DNA of 63,760 nt, counting the filler, from Octopus bimaculoides (lineage: Eukaryota): the NCBI RefSeq assembly GCF_001194135.2. It is 5 parts of 5 records of this genome, joined end to end, with 100 filler letters (N's around TTAATTAATTAA, not from the genome) between each part and the next. Parts side by side here need not be neighbours in the genome. Positions count along the whole stretch, not along the records: positions 1 to 21,769 come from NC_068983.1; positions 21,870 to 46,176 come from NC_068995.1; 3 more parts are not named here. One strand, given 5' to 3'. The position numbers and the translations under genes were made by a program. The notes below the pieces were generated by a model, which was not told the origin of the DNA, searched no databases, and saw nothing but the letters and a program-made list of their open reading frames with translations. Numbering within the stretch: the first letter of the stretch is position 1; each line of letters opens with the position of its first letter. Below are positions 11,006-22,623 of this stretch, in pieces.

Positions 11006-11339
11006 AAATTCACGCTTGCTTAAACACTTTTGCAAATACACAAATAGTAACATGCTCACATATACTGCCTAAGACATATGCACACATACATATATACCTC
11101 ACATGTAGTTTGTGTGTGCATGTGTGTGTCTCTTCAGCAGTGTCTCTCTTTCCTCTTTTATCTGTTCCAACCAGTGAGCTATGGTCAGCCTACGAATATA
11201 TAAGAATATTTGTGTGTGCGTGCATGCATGCATGCATGCGTGTGTGTATGTGAGTGTGTTTTCAGAATGGAATATAGTATCTCTCTCTATCCAAGGGTCT
11301 GGATATGTGTATATTTAATTGTGATATGATGTACAGTGA

Positions 11340-11730
11340 GTATAGGAAAAACAGCTGTTAATAGAAACTCTACTCATTCCAGTACCACCGCGAGTGGTAC
11401 ATCATTTGCACGATGTGGAGAATATACCACCAGCATTGCCCAAACGACCTCAACATAAGCTTTAAAATTCATCCAAGGCTAGGACCACGGGCCATACGTC
11501 CCCTACCCAATTCAGGATCACAACACATAAATACACTGTAACACAGTTTCTTTTCCTCAATAGGTCCTACCCTATTTAACATTGTCCCAAAACAGATCAA
11601 AGAGGAAAAAGGATCCCATTACCTTTAAATAGAATCTGGACAAATTTCTTCAAGAAGTACCAGATAAGCCACCTATACCTGGATACAACTCACTCAACAA
11701 CAACTCCCTACTCGAGTGGACCATGATGCC
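11340..11730 (+). mobile_element. CR1/L2-group LINE 3' end (ORF2 C-terminus)
   Basis: Translation ...HPRLGPRAIRPLP...FSSIGPTLFNIVPKQIKEEKDPITFK*NLDKFLQEVPDKPPIPGYNSLNNNSLLEW fits the GPxLFNxLP..FKxxLDKFLxxVPDxP C-terminal signature. Confidence 0.75.
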
Positions 11731-12252
11731 ACAAAACTTGGCTTAAAAAGTATTTAGGTAATCCTGTCAGGTGGTGCAATTTAGACGTGGCCTGGACCAA
11801 TCTTTGGTCGAAACATATCTCTGTTTTATCTAAGTTTTATACACAAATGTATGTGCATGTGTATATGAATGTGTGCAGTACATGTAAGTGTGTATGTGTG
11901 GGAGCTGTCTGTGTGTGTGTACATTATATATACCATGTATGGTTGATTTATAAGGTAAAGTGTATTGCTTTATACTGATTTGTAGAAGCATTTTACAGAA
12001 GTTTTTTCTCACAAAAATATAGGGTCAGGATTGGCCATGTGGTTAAGGAAGTCAGCTCTGTAACCTCATGGTTTCAGTTTCAACCCCATTGTCTGGTATG
12101 ATGAGCAAGTATCACCTGTTATAGCTTCAGGACATCAGTGCTTTGTAATTGAAACCTATGTCTGTCATTGTTTTGTATGCTGTAGAAAACTTTTTTTAAT
12201 AAAAAGTTTTGGATGTGAATAAATCTCCACTTTCCTCTTCATTTTCAATTGT

Positions 12253-12288
<36 letters not shown>

Positions 12289-12386
12289 ACACACGCACAC
12301 GCACACGCACACACACACACACATATATATATAGGTAGATGATAAGATTGCTTCAATATTTCAGGGGTAGTCAACATACTCCTCAA

Positions 12387-12438
12387 CATTCTGAAGAGAT
12401 CTGCCAAACCATTTGGCACATCGAAACGTTCGTAAATG
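12387..12438 (+). ncRNA. Minimal type I hammerhead ribozyme, core apparently intact
   Basis: catt CTGAAGA gat-c-tgccaaa-cca-tttggca-c-atc GAAA C GTTC GT A aatg. Stem I catt/aatg, stem II 10 bp with one C-C mismatch, stem III ACG/CGT, GUA triplet at 12432-12434, palindrome AACGTT at 12425-12430. Confidence 0.8.
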
Positions 12439-12913
12439 ACGCATTATATAATCTCCACATAATTAAATCAATGGCTAACTAGTCCAGTTGACTTGCTTCT
12501 TCTTGTGTTTGTTTCNNNNNNNNNNNNNNNNNNNNNNNNNNNNNNNNNNNNNNNNNNNNNNNNNNNNNNNNNNNNNNNNNNNNNNNNNNNNNNNNNNNNN
12601 NNNNNNNNNNNNNNNNNNNNNNNNNNNNNNNNNNNNNNNNNNNNNNNNNNNNNNNNNNNNNNNNNNNNNNNNNNNNNNNNNNNNNNNNNNNNNNNNNNNN
12701 NNNNNNNNNNNNNNNNNNNNNNNNNNNNNNNNNNNNNNNNNNNNNNNNNNNNNNNNNNNNNNNNNNNNNNNNNNNNNNNNNNNNNNNNNNNNNNNNNNNN
12801 NNNNNNNNNNNNNNNNNNNNNNNNNNNNNNNNNNNNNNNGTTTAGGACTGGGATCAATGTAATCAACTATACCCCTCCCTAAAATTTCAGGCCTTGTGCC
12901 TTTAGTAGAAAGG

Positions 12914-12953
<40 letters not shown>

Positions 12954-12956
12954 GGT

Positions 12957-13342
12957 ACAGGTGTGGCTGTGTGGTAAGAAGCTTGCTTCCCAACCACATG
13001 GTTCTGGGTTCAGTCCCACGGCGTGGCACCTTGGACAAGTGTCTTCTACTATAGCCTTGGGCCGACTAAAGCCTTGTGAGTGGATTTGGTTGACGGAAAC
13101 TGAAATGAAGTCTGTGGTATACATGTGTGTGTGTGTGTACTTGTGTGTCTGTGTCTGTACCCCCACCATCCCTTGACAACCGATGTTGGTGTGTTTACGT
13201 CCCCCATAACTTAGTGGCTTGGCAAAAGGGAGACCGATAGAATAAGTACTAGGCTTACAAAGAATAATTCTTGGAGTCGATTTGTTTGACTAAAGGCGAT
13301 GCTCCAGCATGGCCACAATCAGATAACTGAAACAAGTAAAAG
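12957..13342 (+). mobile_element. SINE family A full copy
   Basis: Same head, body and 3' module as 1678-2098. Confidence 0.85.
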
Positions 13343-13380
13343 AATTATTATTATTGTTATTATTATTGATAAGCTGGCTT

Positions 13381-13600
13381 AAGGTAGCAAGCTGGCAGAA
13401 TCGTTAGCAGACTGAGCAAAATGCTTTGCAGCATTTCGTCTGTATTTATGTTCCGAGTTCAAATTCTGCTGAGGTCGACTTTGCTTACTATCCGTTTGTG
13501 GGTTTGATAAAATAAGTCCCAGTTGAACACTGGAGCCAATGAAATCAATTTATCCCTTCGCCAAAGTTGCTGGCCGTAGTGCCAAAATTCAAAATCATTA
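13381..13600 (+). mobile_element. tRNA-derived SINE family B
   Basis: aaggtagcaagctggcagaatcgttagc..gagttcaaattctgctgaggtcgactttgc.. with A/B-box-like motifs. Recurs at 20050, 46506, 47272, 57785 and 16470. Confidence 0.8.
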
Positions 13601-13848
13601 TTATTATTATTGTTATGAGGAATGTGGCACTATTATTCCCTATTCAAGTGTTAATATAATGAATGTTGGTAATATTCTGTGGAGAGATGGGAGGAGGCAG
13701 TCAAATTATCCGTCCATTTCCTCATTTTTTTTTTTTACAAAACTGTTCTTACATCTATATATTACATGTAGATAGATGTATGAATATTATTAGTGTGTGC
13801 ATGTAAAATATACATATACACACACATATACATATATATTCATATACA

Positions 13849-13883
<35 letters not shown>

Positions 13884-14043
13884 CGTTTTATCTCGGGAGG
13901 ATCATTTTGATGTACACACACATATATATTCAAAAACACACACACATGCATATTCATATCACATACAAGGTAAACCGCTATCCTAACATTTTGCTGAGAT
14001 ATTTATATAAAATGTCATCAACCTACATTTTTCTCTGTTACAG

Positions 14044-14129
14044 AACATCCTCCGCTTCCATCTCTCTACTCTAATGAATGGAATCGGCTGTCTGCTCACT
14101 ACTACTACTACAACCACCACTACTACTAA
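14044..14129 (+). other. Candidate terminal coding exon of an unidentified host gene
   Basis: Acceptor catttttctctgttacag at 14026-14043, then frame xHPPLPSLYSNEWNRLSAHYYYYNHHYY* running into a CAC/TAC repeat. No homology recognised. Confidence 0.25.
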
Positions 14130-14215
14130 CAACACCACCACCACCAACACCAGTACTACTACTACTACACCACCATCACCACCAACACTACTAACACTAC
14201 CATCACTACAACCAG

Positions 14216-14247
<32 letters not shown>

Positions 14248-14449
14248 TCACTAATACCACCACTGCTACCACTACTACTACTACCACCACCACCACTACC
14301 AATACCACCACCATCACTAATTCCACCACCACCACCACTACTACAATCACTAATACCACCACCACCACCACTACTACTACCATCACTAATACCACCACTG
14401 CTACTACTACCACCACTACCACTACCAATACCACCACCACCATCACTAA
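14096..14449. repeat. Compound (CTA)n/(CCA)n repeat running into a gap
   Basis: Direct reading; source of the poly-P/L/V/G ORFs. Confidence 0.95.
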
Positions 14450-15018
14450 NNNNNNNNNNNNNNNNNNNNNNNNNNNNNNNNNNNNNNNNNNNNNNNNNNN
14501 NNNNNNNNNNNNNNNNNNNNNNNNNNNNNNNNNNNNNNNNNNNNNNNNNNNNNNNNNNNNNNNNNNNNNNNNNNNNNNNNNNNNNNNNNNNNNNNNNNNN
14601 NNNNNNNNNNNNNNNNNNNNNNNNNNNNNNNNNNNNNNNNNNNNNNNNNNNNNNNNNNNNNNNNNNNNNNNNNNNNNNNNNNNNNNNNNNNNNNNNNNNN
14701 NNNNNNNNNNNNNNNNNNNNNNNNNNNNNNNNNNNNNNNNNNNNNNNNNNNNNNNNNNNNNNNNNNNNNNNNNNNNNNNNNNNNNNNNNNNNNNNNNNNN
14801 NNNNNNNGACGCCACAGACTCCCACAAGGTGGTGCTGGTTGCAGGGAAACGTGTGTTTGTTGTTGTTAAGAAGTGTGACACACACACACACACACACACA
14901 CACACAGCACACCTACAACCTTTTAGTCTGTTTTTTCGGGGTCGTCTTATTATATTAAGATGTTCATACACAGAAAACTGAGTATGTATTGTGTTTATGT
15001 ACACACACACACACACAC

Positions 15019-15055
<37 letters not shown>

Positions 15056-15102
15056 CACATACACATGCACACAAACATACACATATTTTTGCATAGAAAT
15101 AC

Positions 15103-15133
<31 letters not shown>

Positions 15134-15168
15134 TGTGTGTGCACATGCATGTGTGAAAAATGTGTGAA

Positions 15169-15200
<32 letters not shown>

Positions 15201-15503
15201 TCTGTGCATATGTGTGTATGTCTGTATATATATCTGGGTTATACATATATGTGTATATACACACACATATGCACACATACACACATGTGTATGTATGTAT
15301 ATCCCATAATGATAAGGATGGAAGTGATAGTCATAACAACAGAATGCTAATGCTAAAATAAACATACAAGCAACATACACGAGTCAGAAAGAAAAATAAA
15401 CACCTGACAATGAAAATTCAAGTTCCAGCAGTAATGTATACACCAGTCACATTGAGTCTTACCCACTGCTATAAAGAGGCTGTAACATATGCCAACTTCA
15501 CTT

Positions 15504-15572
15504 CATCCTGAAGATGAGACTGTGAGTGTTAATTCAGAAACATAGATGTTGCAGTAAAGAACTTTACTGCAA
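15504..15572 (+). ncRNA. Degenerate hammerhead-like motif plus a perfect 11-bp hairpin
   Basis: catc CTGAAGA tgag..ttca GAAA CATA gatg. Stem I catc/gatg is present but stem III is too short. Followed by ttgcagtaaag-aa-ctttactgcaa. Confidence 0.4.
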
Positions 15573-15649
15573 GGAGTTTGTGCATTAATATGAATAAGAC
15601 CTTGGAAAGAAAAATGCAGCTTGAATACAGTAATTACATTGTCCACAGG

Positions 15650-15775
15650 TTATGGTCTCACTTGGCTTGCCGAGTCTTCTCAAGCACAGCATATTTCCAA
15701 AGTTCTTGGTCACTAGTAATTGCCTCGATGAGGCCTAATGCTGGAAGGTCATGCTTCACCACCTCATCCATGTGT
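15650..15775 (-). mobile_element. RTE-X C-terminal fragment
   Basis: Similar to 24020-24120 (ctcacttggcttgcc..tcttctcaagcacagcata..gcttcaccacctcatcc). Confidence 0.7.
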
Positions 15776-15959
15776 GTTTNNNNNNNNNNNNNNNNNNNNN
15801 NNNNNNNNNNNNNNNNNNNNNNNNNNNNNNNNNNNNNNNNNNNNNNNNNNNNNNNNNNNNNNNNNNNNNNNNNNNNNNNNNNNNNNNNNNNNNNNNNNNN
15901 NNNNNNNNNNNNNNNNNNNNNNNNNNNNNNNNNNNNNNNNNNNNNNNNNNNNNNNNNNN

Positions 15960-16198
15960 NTGTGTATTTTATTTTTTATCTTTTCCTTGTTTCAATCATT
16001 AGACTACAGCCATGTTGGGGCACAACCTTGAAGAATTCTTTAGTTGAATGAATTGCCCCTAATACTTATCTTTTTAAAGCCTGTTACTTATTCTGTCAGT
16101 TGTTTTTGTTGCCATGTTACAGAAATGAAAAAACACCAACATCAGTTGTCAAGCAGTAGTTTTGGGACAAACACAGACACAAAATGACACCCCCAATG

Positions 16199-16252
<54 letters not shown>

Positions 16253-16395
16253 CTTCTTTCAGTTTCTGCTTACAAAATCCACTCACAAGGCTTTGGTTGG
16301 CCCAGTGCTATAGCACAAAACACTTGCCCAAGGTACCATGCAATGTAGTTGAACAATATAGTTGGGAAACAAACTCCTTACCATACAGCCACATA
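15960..16395 (-). mobile_element. SINE family A, diverged
   Basis: Reverse complement of the family A modules (ggcttctttcagtttc..aaatccactcacaaggctttgg..cacttgcccaaggt). Confidence 0.75.
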
Positions 16396-16469
16396 TATAC
16401 ATTGTGGACTCTCTCATCATTTTAACAAATGAGGGTTCAGCAAACCCCAGCCCCACTATGTGCACAGGA

Positions 16470-16792
16470 GCCAGTTGATTACATCAACCCCAGTACTCAA
16501 CTGGTACTTAATTTGTCGACCATGGTGGAATTTGAACTCAGAACATAGCGATGGGCAAAATTATTAATAATAATGATAATGGTTTCAAATGTTGGCACAA
16601 GGCCACCAATTTCATGGGAGGGGAGAAGTCAATCACATCGACTCCAGCACTCAACTGGTATTTATTTTATTGACCTCCTGAGGATGAAAGGCAAAGCCAA
16701 CCCCAGTGGAATTTGAACTTAGAATGCCACAATGGGTGAAATGCCACTAAGCATTTTGCCCGGCCTGCTAACAATTCTGCCAGTTCACTGCC

Positions 16793-16848
<56 letters not shown>

Positions 16849-17020
16849 CCTTTCTACTGGAGGCACAAGACCTGAAATTCTGGGGGAAGTGACTAGTCAA
16901 TAACATTGACCCTTAGTGTTCTATTGACATTGAAAGGATGAACGGCCAAGTCAACCTCAGCAGCATTTGAACTCAGAACGTAAGGATGGATGAAATGCCT
17001 CTAAACATTTCACCCAGTAT
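16470..17020 (-). mobile_element. Cluster of SINE family B fragments with an (AAT)n tail
   Basis: Repeated ggaatttgaactcagaa..aagcattttgcccgg..ctgccagttcactgcctt motifs. Confidence 0.7.
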
Positions 17021-17040
17021 GCAACAGTAACAGTAATAAC

Positions 17041-17385
17041 AAGAGCACTCAGAGAGTGCAAACCTCTGCCAAGGCAACACCAACATCCTCTCAACGATTA
17101 GCCAGAGATGATTTCTAAAATGAGAATATCTGAAATAAACTCGACTGCTCTTACAAATGAGAATACTAAAAATGAACCCAACCACTCTAAAAAATTAATC
17201 CAGAATCCTTGTCCAGTACTGGATCGCTCCCAAAATCTAATCAGTTTGTGCCAGTCGTGAGGCCAAACATCCGTGAAACTTTCATCTGAATCCTTCCTGT
17301 GATTTTTGTGATATCTTATCCACAGGCAAACAAACAAACAAACATGATTGAAAACAATACCTCCACCTTCGCTAAGGTGGAGGTA
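17041..17385. mobile_element. Non-autonomous Helentron/HINE (DINE-1)-like element
   Basis: 5' hairpin gcactc-aga-gagtgc, subterminal motif acctctgccaagg, core, (CAAA)n microsatellite, and 3' stem-loop tacctccacctt-cgct-aaggtggaggta that echoes the 5' motif. This is the HINE architecture. Confidence 0.65.
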
Positions 17386-18284
17386 ATAATAATGAATGTT
17401 GTTGTTAGCAAGCCCTTAGTCAATTCTGATCCAGCAGATATATGACTGAAGGTATTCCACCCATGACCATCTCATCTTTTTGTTCAGATACATGGTATCG
17501 TGAACTACATTATCTAATGTGTCCTTCCTGTTTCACTTTTCTTTGGTAGTGTGATTTGAGGGAAAGTTTGTTGCTATTTCTAGCATATAAAGCAATTATA
17601 TAAAGGCTTCCTTGTTGAAATTCATCTCGATGGCATCCAACTGTGATTCATGGGGAACAATGGACAGAAAAACATATAGTACTATAGCAGAAATATCAAT
17701 ATCAGCAGCAGTAGTGGTGGTAGTAGTAGTAGTAGTAGTAATGTATATGTTTAGGGATTGCTTCAATTGCCACTTCTCCAGCCCTTTACTATTCAAATGT
17801 GAGATTAATTTCCATTTGATTCAGCAAAGGGCCCTGTCTTCCTGCCACTCCTTGTGGCATTGATAGGGGGTGAGGACATGTTTAATTAAGTTGGCCTTTA
17901 TGTATTACACTGTTTGTTTTATCAACAGCAAAATCAGCTCCTTGCACAATTTGAGCTCACAAAGATTAGGATTTGTTTATGCTGGCCCTCTCCCTTTTCT
18001 CAAATGTAATACCATACTATACAAACTAGTCTAAGGCTTGTTTAATCAATTCAACCACCCTCTCTCTTATTCTTTTACCCTCTCTGTCCAAGTGTGATCC
18101 CTCCTGTGTTGGTTTAAGGGTTGCTTTATCAGACCCACCAGCTCAAATATGTAAATAATACTGTATTATATAACCTATGTTTAGCAAATTATTTTTAGAT
18201 CTCCATATGCCAAGATTTGAACTAGACATGTAGGTAACTTCTTCAGTTCTTGGAGTCATTTAAGCCATTAATAGCTGTGACCTT

Positions 18285-18505
18285 CAATTCGCTTTTATCT
18301 TTTACTTGTTTCACTTATTGGACTGTGGGCATGCTGGTGCACAGCCTTGAAGAATTTTAATTGAATGAATTGGTCCCAGTACTTACTTTATTTTAAGCCT
18401 GATACTTATTCCTTCAGTTTCTTTTGCTGAACGGCTAAGTTACAAGGGCATAAACACATCAACACTATTCAAACGATGTTGGGGTACCAACACAGACACA
18501 AAGAC
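18285..18505 (-). mobile_element. SINE family A 3' module
   Basis: Reverse complement of the 3' module. Confidence 0.7.
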
Positions 18506-18887
18506 ATATACATATATANNNNNNNNNNNNNNNNNNNNNNNNNNNNNNNNNNNNNNNNNNNNNNNNNNNNNNNNNNNNNNNNNNNNNNNNNNNNNNNNNN
18601 NNNNNNNNNNNNNNNNNNNNNNNNNNNNNNNNNNNNNNNNNNNNNNNNNNNNNNNNNNNNNNNNNNNNNNNNNNNNNNNNNNNNNNNNNNNNNNNNNNNN
18701 NNNNNNNNNNNNNNNNNNNNNNNNNNNNNNNNNNNNNNNNNNNNNNNNNNNNNNNNNNNNNNNNNNNNNNNNNNNNNNNNNNNNNNNNNNNNNNNNNNNN
18801 NNNNNNNNNNNNNNNNNNNNNNNNNNNNNNNNNNNNNNNNNNNNNNNNNNNNNNTATATATATATATACATACACACACACACACAA

Positions 18888-19047
18888 ACCGTTAGATTCA
18901 CTTCAACATTTAAATTTAATTTGTCAAAATATTATCATCGCTTTGAGACAGTCCTGCATGGAATTTTGTCAGTGAACAGGTTGTGGTCTCAAAGTGATGA
19001 AAATATTTTGACAAATTAAATTTAAACGTTGAAGTGAATCTAATGGT
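18888..19047. mobile_element. MITE-like palindrome with 62-bp arms
   Basis: accgttagattcacttcaacatttaaatttaatttgtcaaaatattatcatcgctttgagac / gtctcaaagtgatgaaaatattttgacaaattaaatttaaacgttgaagtgaatctaatggt, separated by a 36-bp spacer. Confidence 0.8.
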
Positions 19048-19344
19048 CTCTGTATGTTTTTCAATGGCTTATAAACACCTTCCATGCTGCAATTGTTTTT
19101 GTTTCAGCACACAATCTCAGATCAGGTCACTTGCTATGCAAGTACATCTCCATAATATATATATATATCTGTGTCTGTATGTGTTTACATCTCCATAGCT
19201 TAGTGGTTCAACAAAATAGACTGATAGAACATGTAGCAGGCTTTAAAAAAAGAAAAAGTAAGTACTGGGGTCCATTCTTTTGATGAAAAATTCTATAAGG
19301 TGGTGCTCCAGCCTAATGACTGCAACAAGTAAATGATAAAAGAT

Positions 19345-19770
19345 AGGTGCAGGCATGGCTATGTAGTAAGAAGTTTGCTTCCCAACATCATAGTTTTGGG
19401 TTCAATCCTGCTGCATGGCAGCACAGCACCTTGAGTAAGTGGTATCTTCTACTAATAGCCTTGGGCTGACCAAAACCTTGTGAGTGGATTTGGTAGATGG
19501 AAACTGAAAGAAGCCCGTCATATACATATATATGTATACGTGCATGTGTGTGTCTGTCTTTGGCATCTTTGCTTGTCCCACTGTGCAATTGTGTTGGTAT
19601 GTTTACATCCCTGTAACTTAGCAGTTTGGCAAAAGCAACCAATAAAATAAGTAACCAGGCTTCAAAAAAAAAACAAAAAAAAATTTCAAGGTTCGATTCA
19701 TTCAATTAAAATTCTTCAAGGAAGTGCCCCAGCATGGCCGCTGTCTAATGACTGAAACAAGTAAAAGATA
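19345..19770 (+). mobile_element. SINE family A full copy (preceded by another 3' module at about 19170-19345)
   Basis: Same modules as other copies. Confidence 0.8.
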
Positions 19771-20049
19771 AAGGAAAGCAGAATTAATCATTCCGGTACA
19801 TTGTTTTGGTATTTTAATCTTTCTCCTTCTCTCTATTAGCATTTCTACTTAACTGGTGGGACAATATTTTTTTTATCTTTCCACTCAGATGGAATCGGTA
19901 TTCTTATCTTTCCCCTCAATTCAACAAATATTTTCTCCATTTTCACTTAATTCCAGGCTGGTATTTCTTACAAATTTTACTCCTCTTGTTTACACACAAA
20001 CTTTTGTATGTTTTGACATTTCTGTTTTTTCATTAAATGAATAATTTCA

Positions 20050-20275
20050 AGGCAGCAAGCTGGCAGAATCACTACCACGCCGGATGAAATGCTTAGCAGT
20101 ATTTAGTCTGTTATCTAGTTCTGAGTTCAAATGCCACCAGGGTCAACTTTGCCTTTCATCCTTTTGGGAGTGGGGTCGATAAATTAAGTACCAGTTGCAT
20201 ACTGGGATCGATGTAATCGACTGCTTGTCCCCCCACCAAATGTCAGGCCTTGTGCCTGTCGTAGAAAAGATTAAA
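20050..20275 (+). mobile_element. SINE family B
   Basis: aaggcagcaagctggcagaatc..tcaggccttgtgcctgtcgtagaaaagatt. Confidence 0.8.
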
Positions 20276-20394
20276 TGAATAATTTTTATAATTTGTTCTC
20301 TTATTAGACTTAATGACTCATAAATGTCCCTATCATTGTTACATTGATACAGTTTTTTCATCTTATTACGAAAAACCAGTTCGATGAAGGTAGA

Positions 20395-20640
20395 GGTGTG
20401 TGGTGGCTAGTGGTTAGGGTATTGGACTCATAATCATAAGATTATGGTTTCAGTTCCTAGACTGGATTCCTGGACTGAATTGTATTCTTGAGCAAAACAC
20501 TTCATTTCACATTGCTCCAGTCCACTCAGCTGGTAACAATGAGTAACCCTGCGACAGACTGGTTTCCTGTCCAGGGAGTAAATATATATGTGCCACAGAA
20601 ACTGGGAAACTAGCCGTTGTAAGTCCATAGAGAAGGACTC
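20395..20640 (+). mobile_element. tRNA-derived SINE family C
   Basis: Head gtggtggctagtggttagggtattggactc; body ttcttgagcaaaacacttcatttcacattgctccagtccactcagctg is shared with 27275-27615. Confidence 0.75.
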
Positions 20641-21509
20641 ATAAGTGAAAGATGCTTTAGTTCAATGAAAGCCAGTGAACCAAAGCTTCGAAGTCACTGT
20701 CATCCTTCTTGTAAGTATTTTATTAAACATGTATTCTAGAAAAGCATACTCTGTAATTCTCCAGTTTAGTGTAAAATTGTTTTGTCGTAACTTGACATAA
20801 AAATATGAATATGTATATCCATCCATCCATCCACCCAAGACCCACCCACCCATCAATTTGTTCCACTCTCCTTCATCTTTACACACTTCCTCTTATCTTT
20901 GCGCACGCACACACACACACACACACGCATCTTTCTGATCTTTATACATTTCTTTCCTTATATTCCAGGAAGATGTCAAATATTAATTACTCTAGAATGT
21001 CAGTACTAAATATAGTAACCTTGATGTTCAGCAGAGTATATTTTACTCTAAGTATCTTTTCGTATTAACTATCTCTTCCTTCATCTAACTTTTTAGCCAC
21101 GTAACATAATAGCAATCCCCTTCTCCTCGCTCTCACCTCTGACATTCCTCTCACTCTCTTTCTTTCTCTCCTTCTCTCTCTCTTCCCTTCAATTAACCAT
21201 GTGAGGGGCATGGTAGATCACTTGAAGTATTGTGAAATAATGAAGTAAGACATAATACACAAAATTTCTTACATTGTGAGGAAAGGATTAAAGGTACGTT
21301 AACTCTTTGTAGATTGCAGGTGAATTACCCATCTATAGAGGGAAAACAACAAGAACTTACCACAAACTAGTAATCCCCTTCTGTTTACTGTAGACAGGTG
21401 ACTCCCCCAAAATATATAAACCATTAATAAATCACTAATTCTCTCTTTGCATTGTAAGAAACTCTCTGCATTTTTTCTTTCTTGAATATATATATATATA
21501 TATATATAT

Positions 21510-21769
21510 CATCATCATCATCATCATCGTTTAATGTCCGCTTTCCATGCTAGCATGGGTTGGACGATTTGACTGAGGACTGGTGAAACCGGATGGCAAC
21601 ACCAGGCTCCAATCTAATTTGGCAGAGTTTCTACAGCTGGATGCCATTCCTAACGCCAACCACTCAGAGAGTGTAGTGGGTGCTTTTACGTGTCACCCGC
21701 ACGAAGGCCAGTCAGGCGGTACTGGCAACAGCAACGCTCGAAATGGTGTCTTTTATGTGCCACCCGCAC
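21510..21769 (-). mobile_element. RTE-tail non-autonomous element (family D), young copy ending at a gap
   Basis: (cat)n cgtttaatgtccgctttccatgctagcatgggttggacg..., near-identical to 45874-46175 and to the reverse complement of 22060-22230 and 61280-61437. Confidence 0.85.
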
Positions 21770-21813
21770 NNNNNNNNNNNNNNNNNNNNNNNNNNNNNNN
21801 NNNNNNNNNNNNN

Positions 21814-21825
21814 TTAATTAATTAA
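21814..21825. other. Scaffolding linker TTAATTAATTAA inside a 100-nt N spacer (also 46221-46232, 61203-61214, 62628-62639)
   Basis: Identical 12-mer centred in N runs four times; it carries stops in all six frames and is an assembly artefact. Confidence 0.95.
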
Positions 21826-21869
21826 NNNNNNNNNNNNNNNNNNNNNNNNNNNNNNNNNNNNNNNNNNNN

Positions 21870-22230
21870 GGATTTTCAAGCGAGATCGTTGCCAGTGCCC
21901 CTGGACAGGCTCATGTGCGGGCGACACATGAAATCTTTCGAGCGAGATTGTTGCCGGTGCCCCTGGACTGGCTCTTGTGCAGGTGACACATAAAGTTTTT
22001 TTCGAGCGAGATGAGCGTGGCCGTTGCCAGTACCGCCTGACTGGCCTTCGTGCGGGTGACACGTAAAAGCACCCACTACACTCTCTGAGTGGTTGGCGTT
22101 AGGAAGGGCATCCAGCTGTAGAAACTCTGCAAAATCAGATTGGAGCCTGGTGTAGCCATCTGGTTTCACCAGTTCTCAGTCAAATCATCCAACCCATGCT
22201 AGCATGGAAAGCAGACGTTAAACGACGACG
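21870..22230 (+). mobile_element. Family D element with internal about 60-bp tandem repeats
   Basis: Repeats of gagcgagatcgttgccagtgcccctggactggctc.., then the shared 3' end ..acgttaaacgacgacg. Confidence 0.85.
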
Positions 22231-22457
22231 ACACACACACACACAATCAGTATACATCAAGCAAACTGTCCAGTGCACCCAACTTCTCAAGTCATGAACA
22301 CACAAGTAAAATTTTCAAAGTTGCTACAAATAGTAGTTATCAGAATTTCTGACAGAATTTCTATGATTCTTTTAAAGACCTGCAAACGCTTCAATCCAGA
22401 TCAGCTGTTAATATTCTACAAGGTTCATGTAAAACCCACACAGACATTCAAGATTAA

Positions 22458-22623
22458 CCCTTTAACATTTAGATCACTCTGTTAAATATAACCTGTTGCT
22501 TCAAGATTCTCATGATTTGATTGTATATTAGAACAACATTGTGAGAGGCAGGATCTAGCCAATCTAAACATAAAAACAAGTAGAATATTTGTGCTGGATA
22601 CGGTCGGTTTAAATGCCAAATGG
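22458..22623. mobile_element. piggyBac-like MITE flanked by TTAA
   Basis: TTAA(22454-57) ccctttaacatttaga ... tttaaatgccaaatgg TTAA(22624-27). Confidence 0.6.

Noticed and set aside
11785-11820. gaccaa-tct-ttggtc GAAA hairpin resembling hammerhead stem II
   Set aside because: There is no CUGANGA upstream and no stem I/NUH; it is more simply a LINE 3' UTR stem-loop.
20662-20711. Possible exon SMKASEPKLRSHCHPS ending in CTT|gtaagt
   Set aside because: Weak acceptor, directly adjacent to a SINE tail, 50-nt length and no recognisable peptide.
21566-21600. CTGAGGA ctggt GAAA in family D copies as a hammerhead
   Set aside because: There is no stem II or stem I pairing; a chance match.
21510-22230. 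Large inverted pair of family D elements
   Set aside because: The two copies are on different contigs joined by an artificial N/linker spacer; both contigs simply end in the same young repeat.
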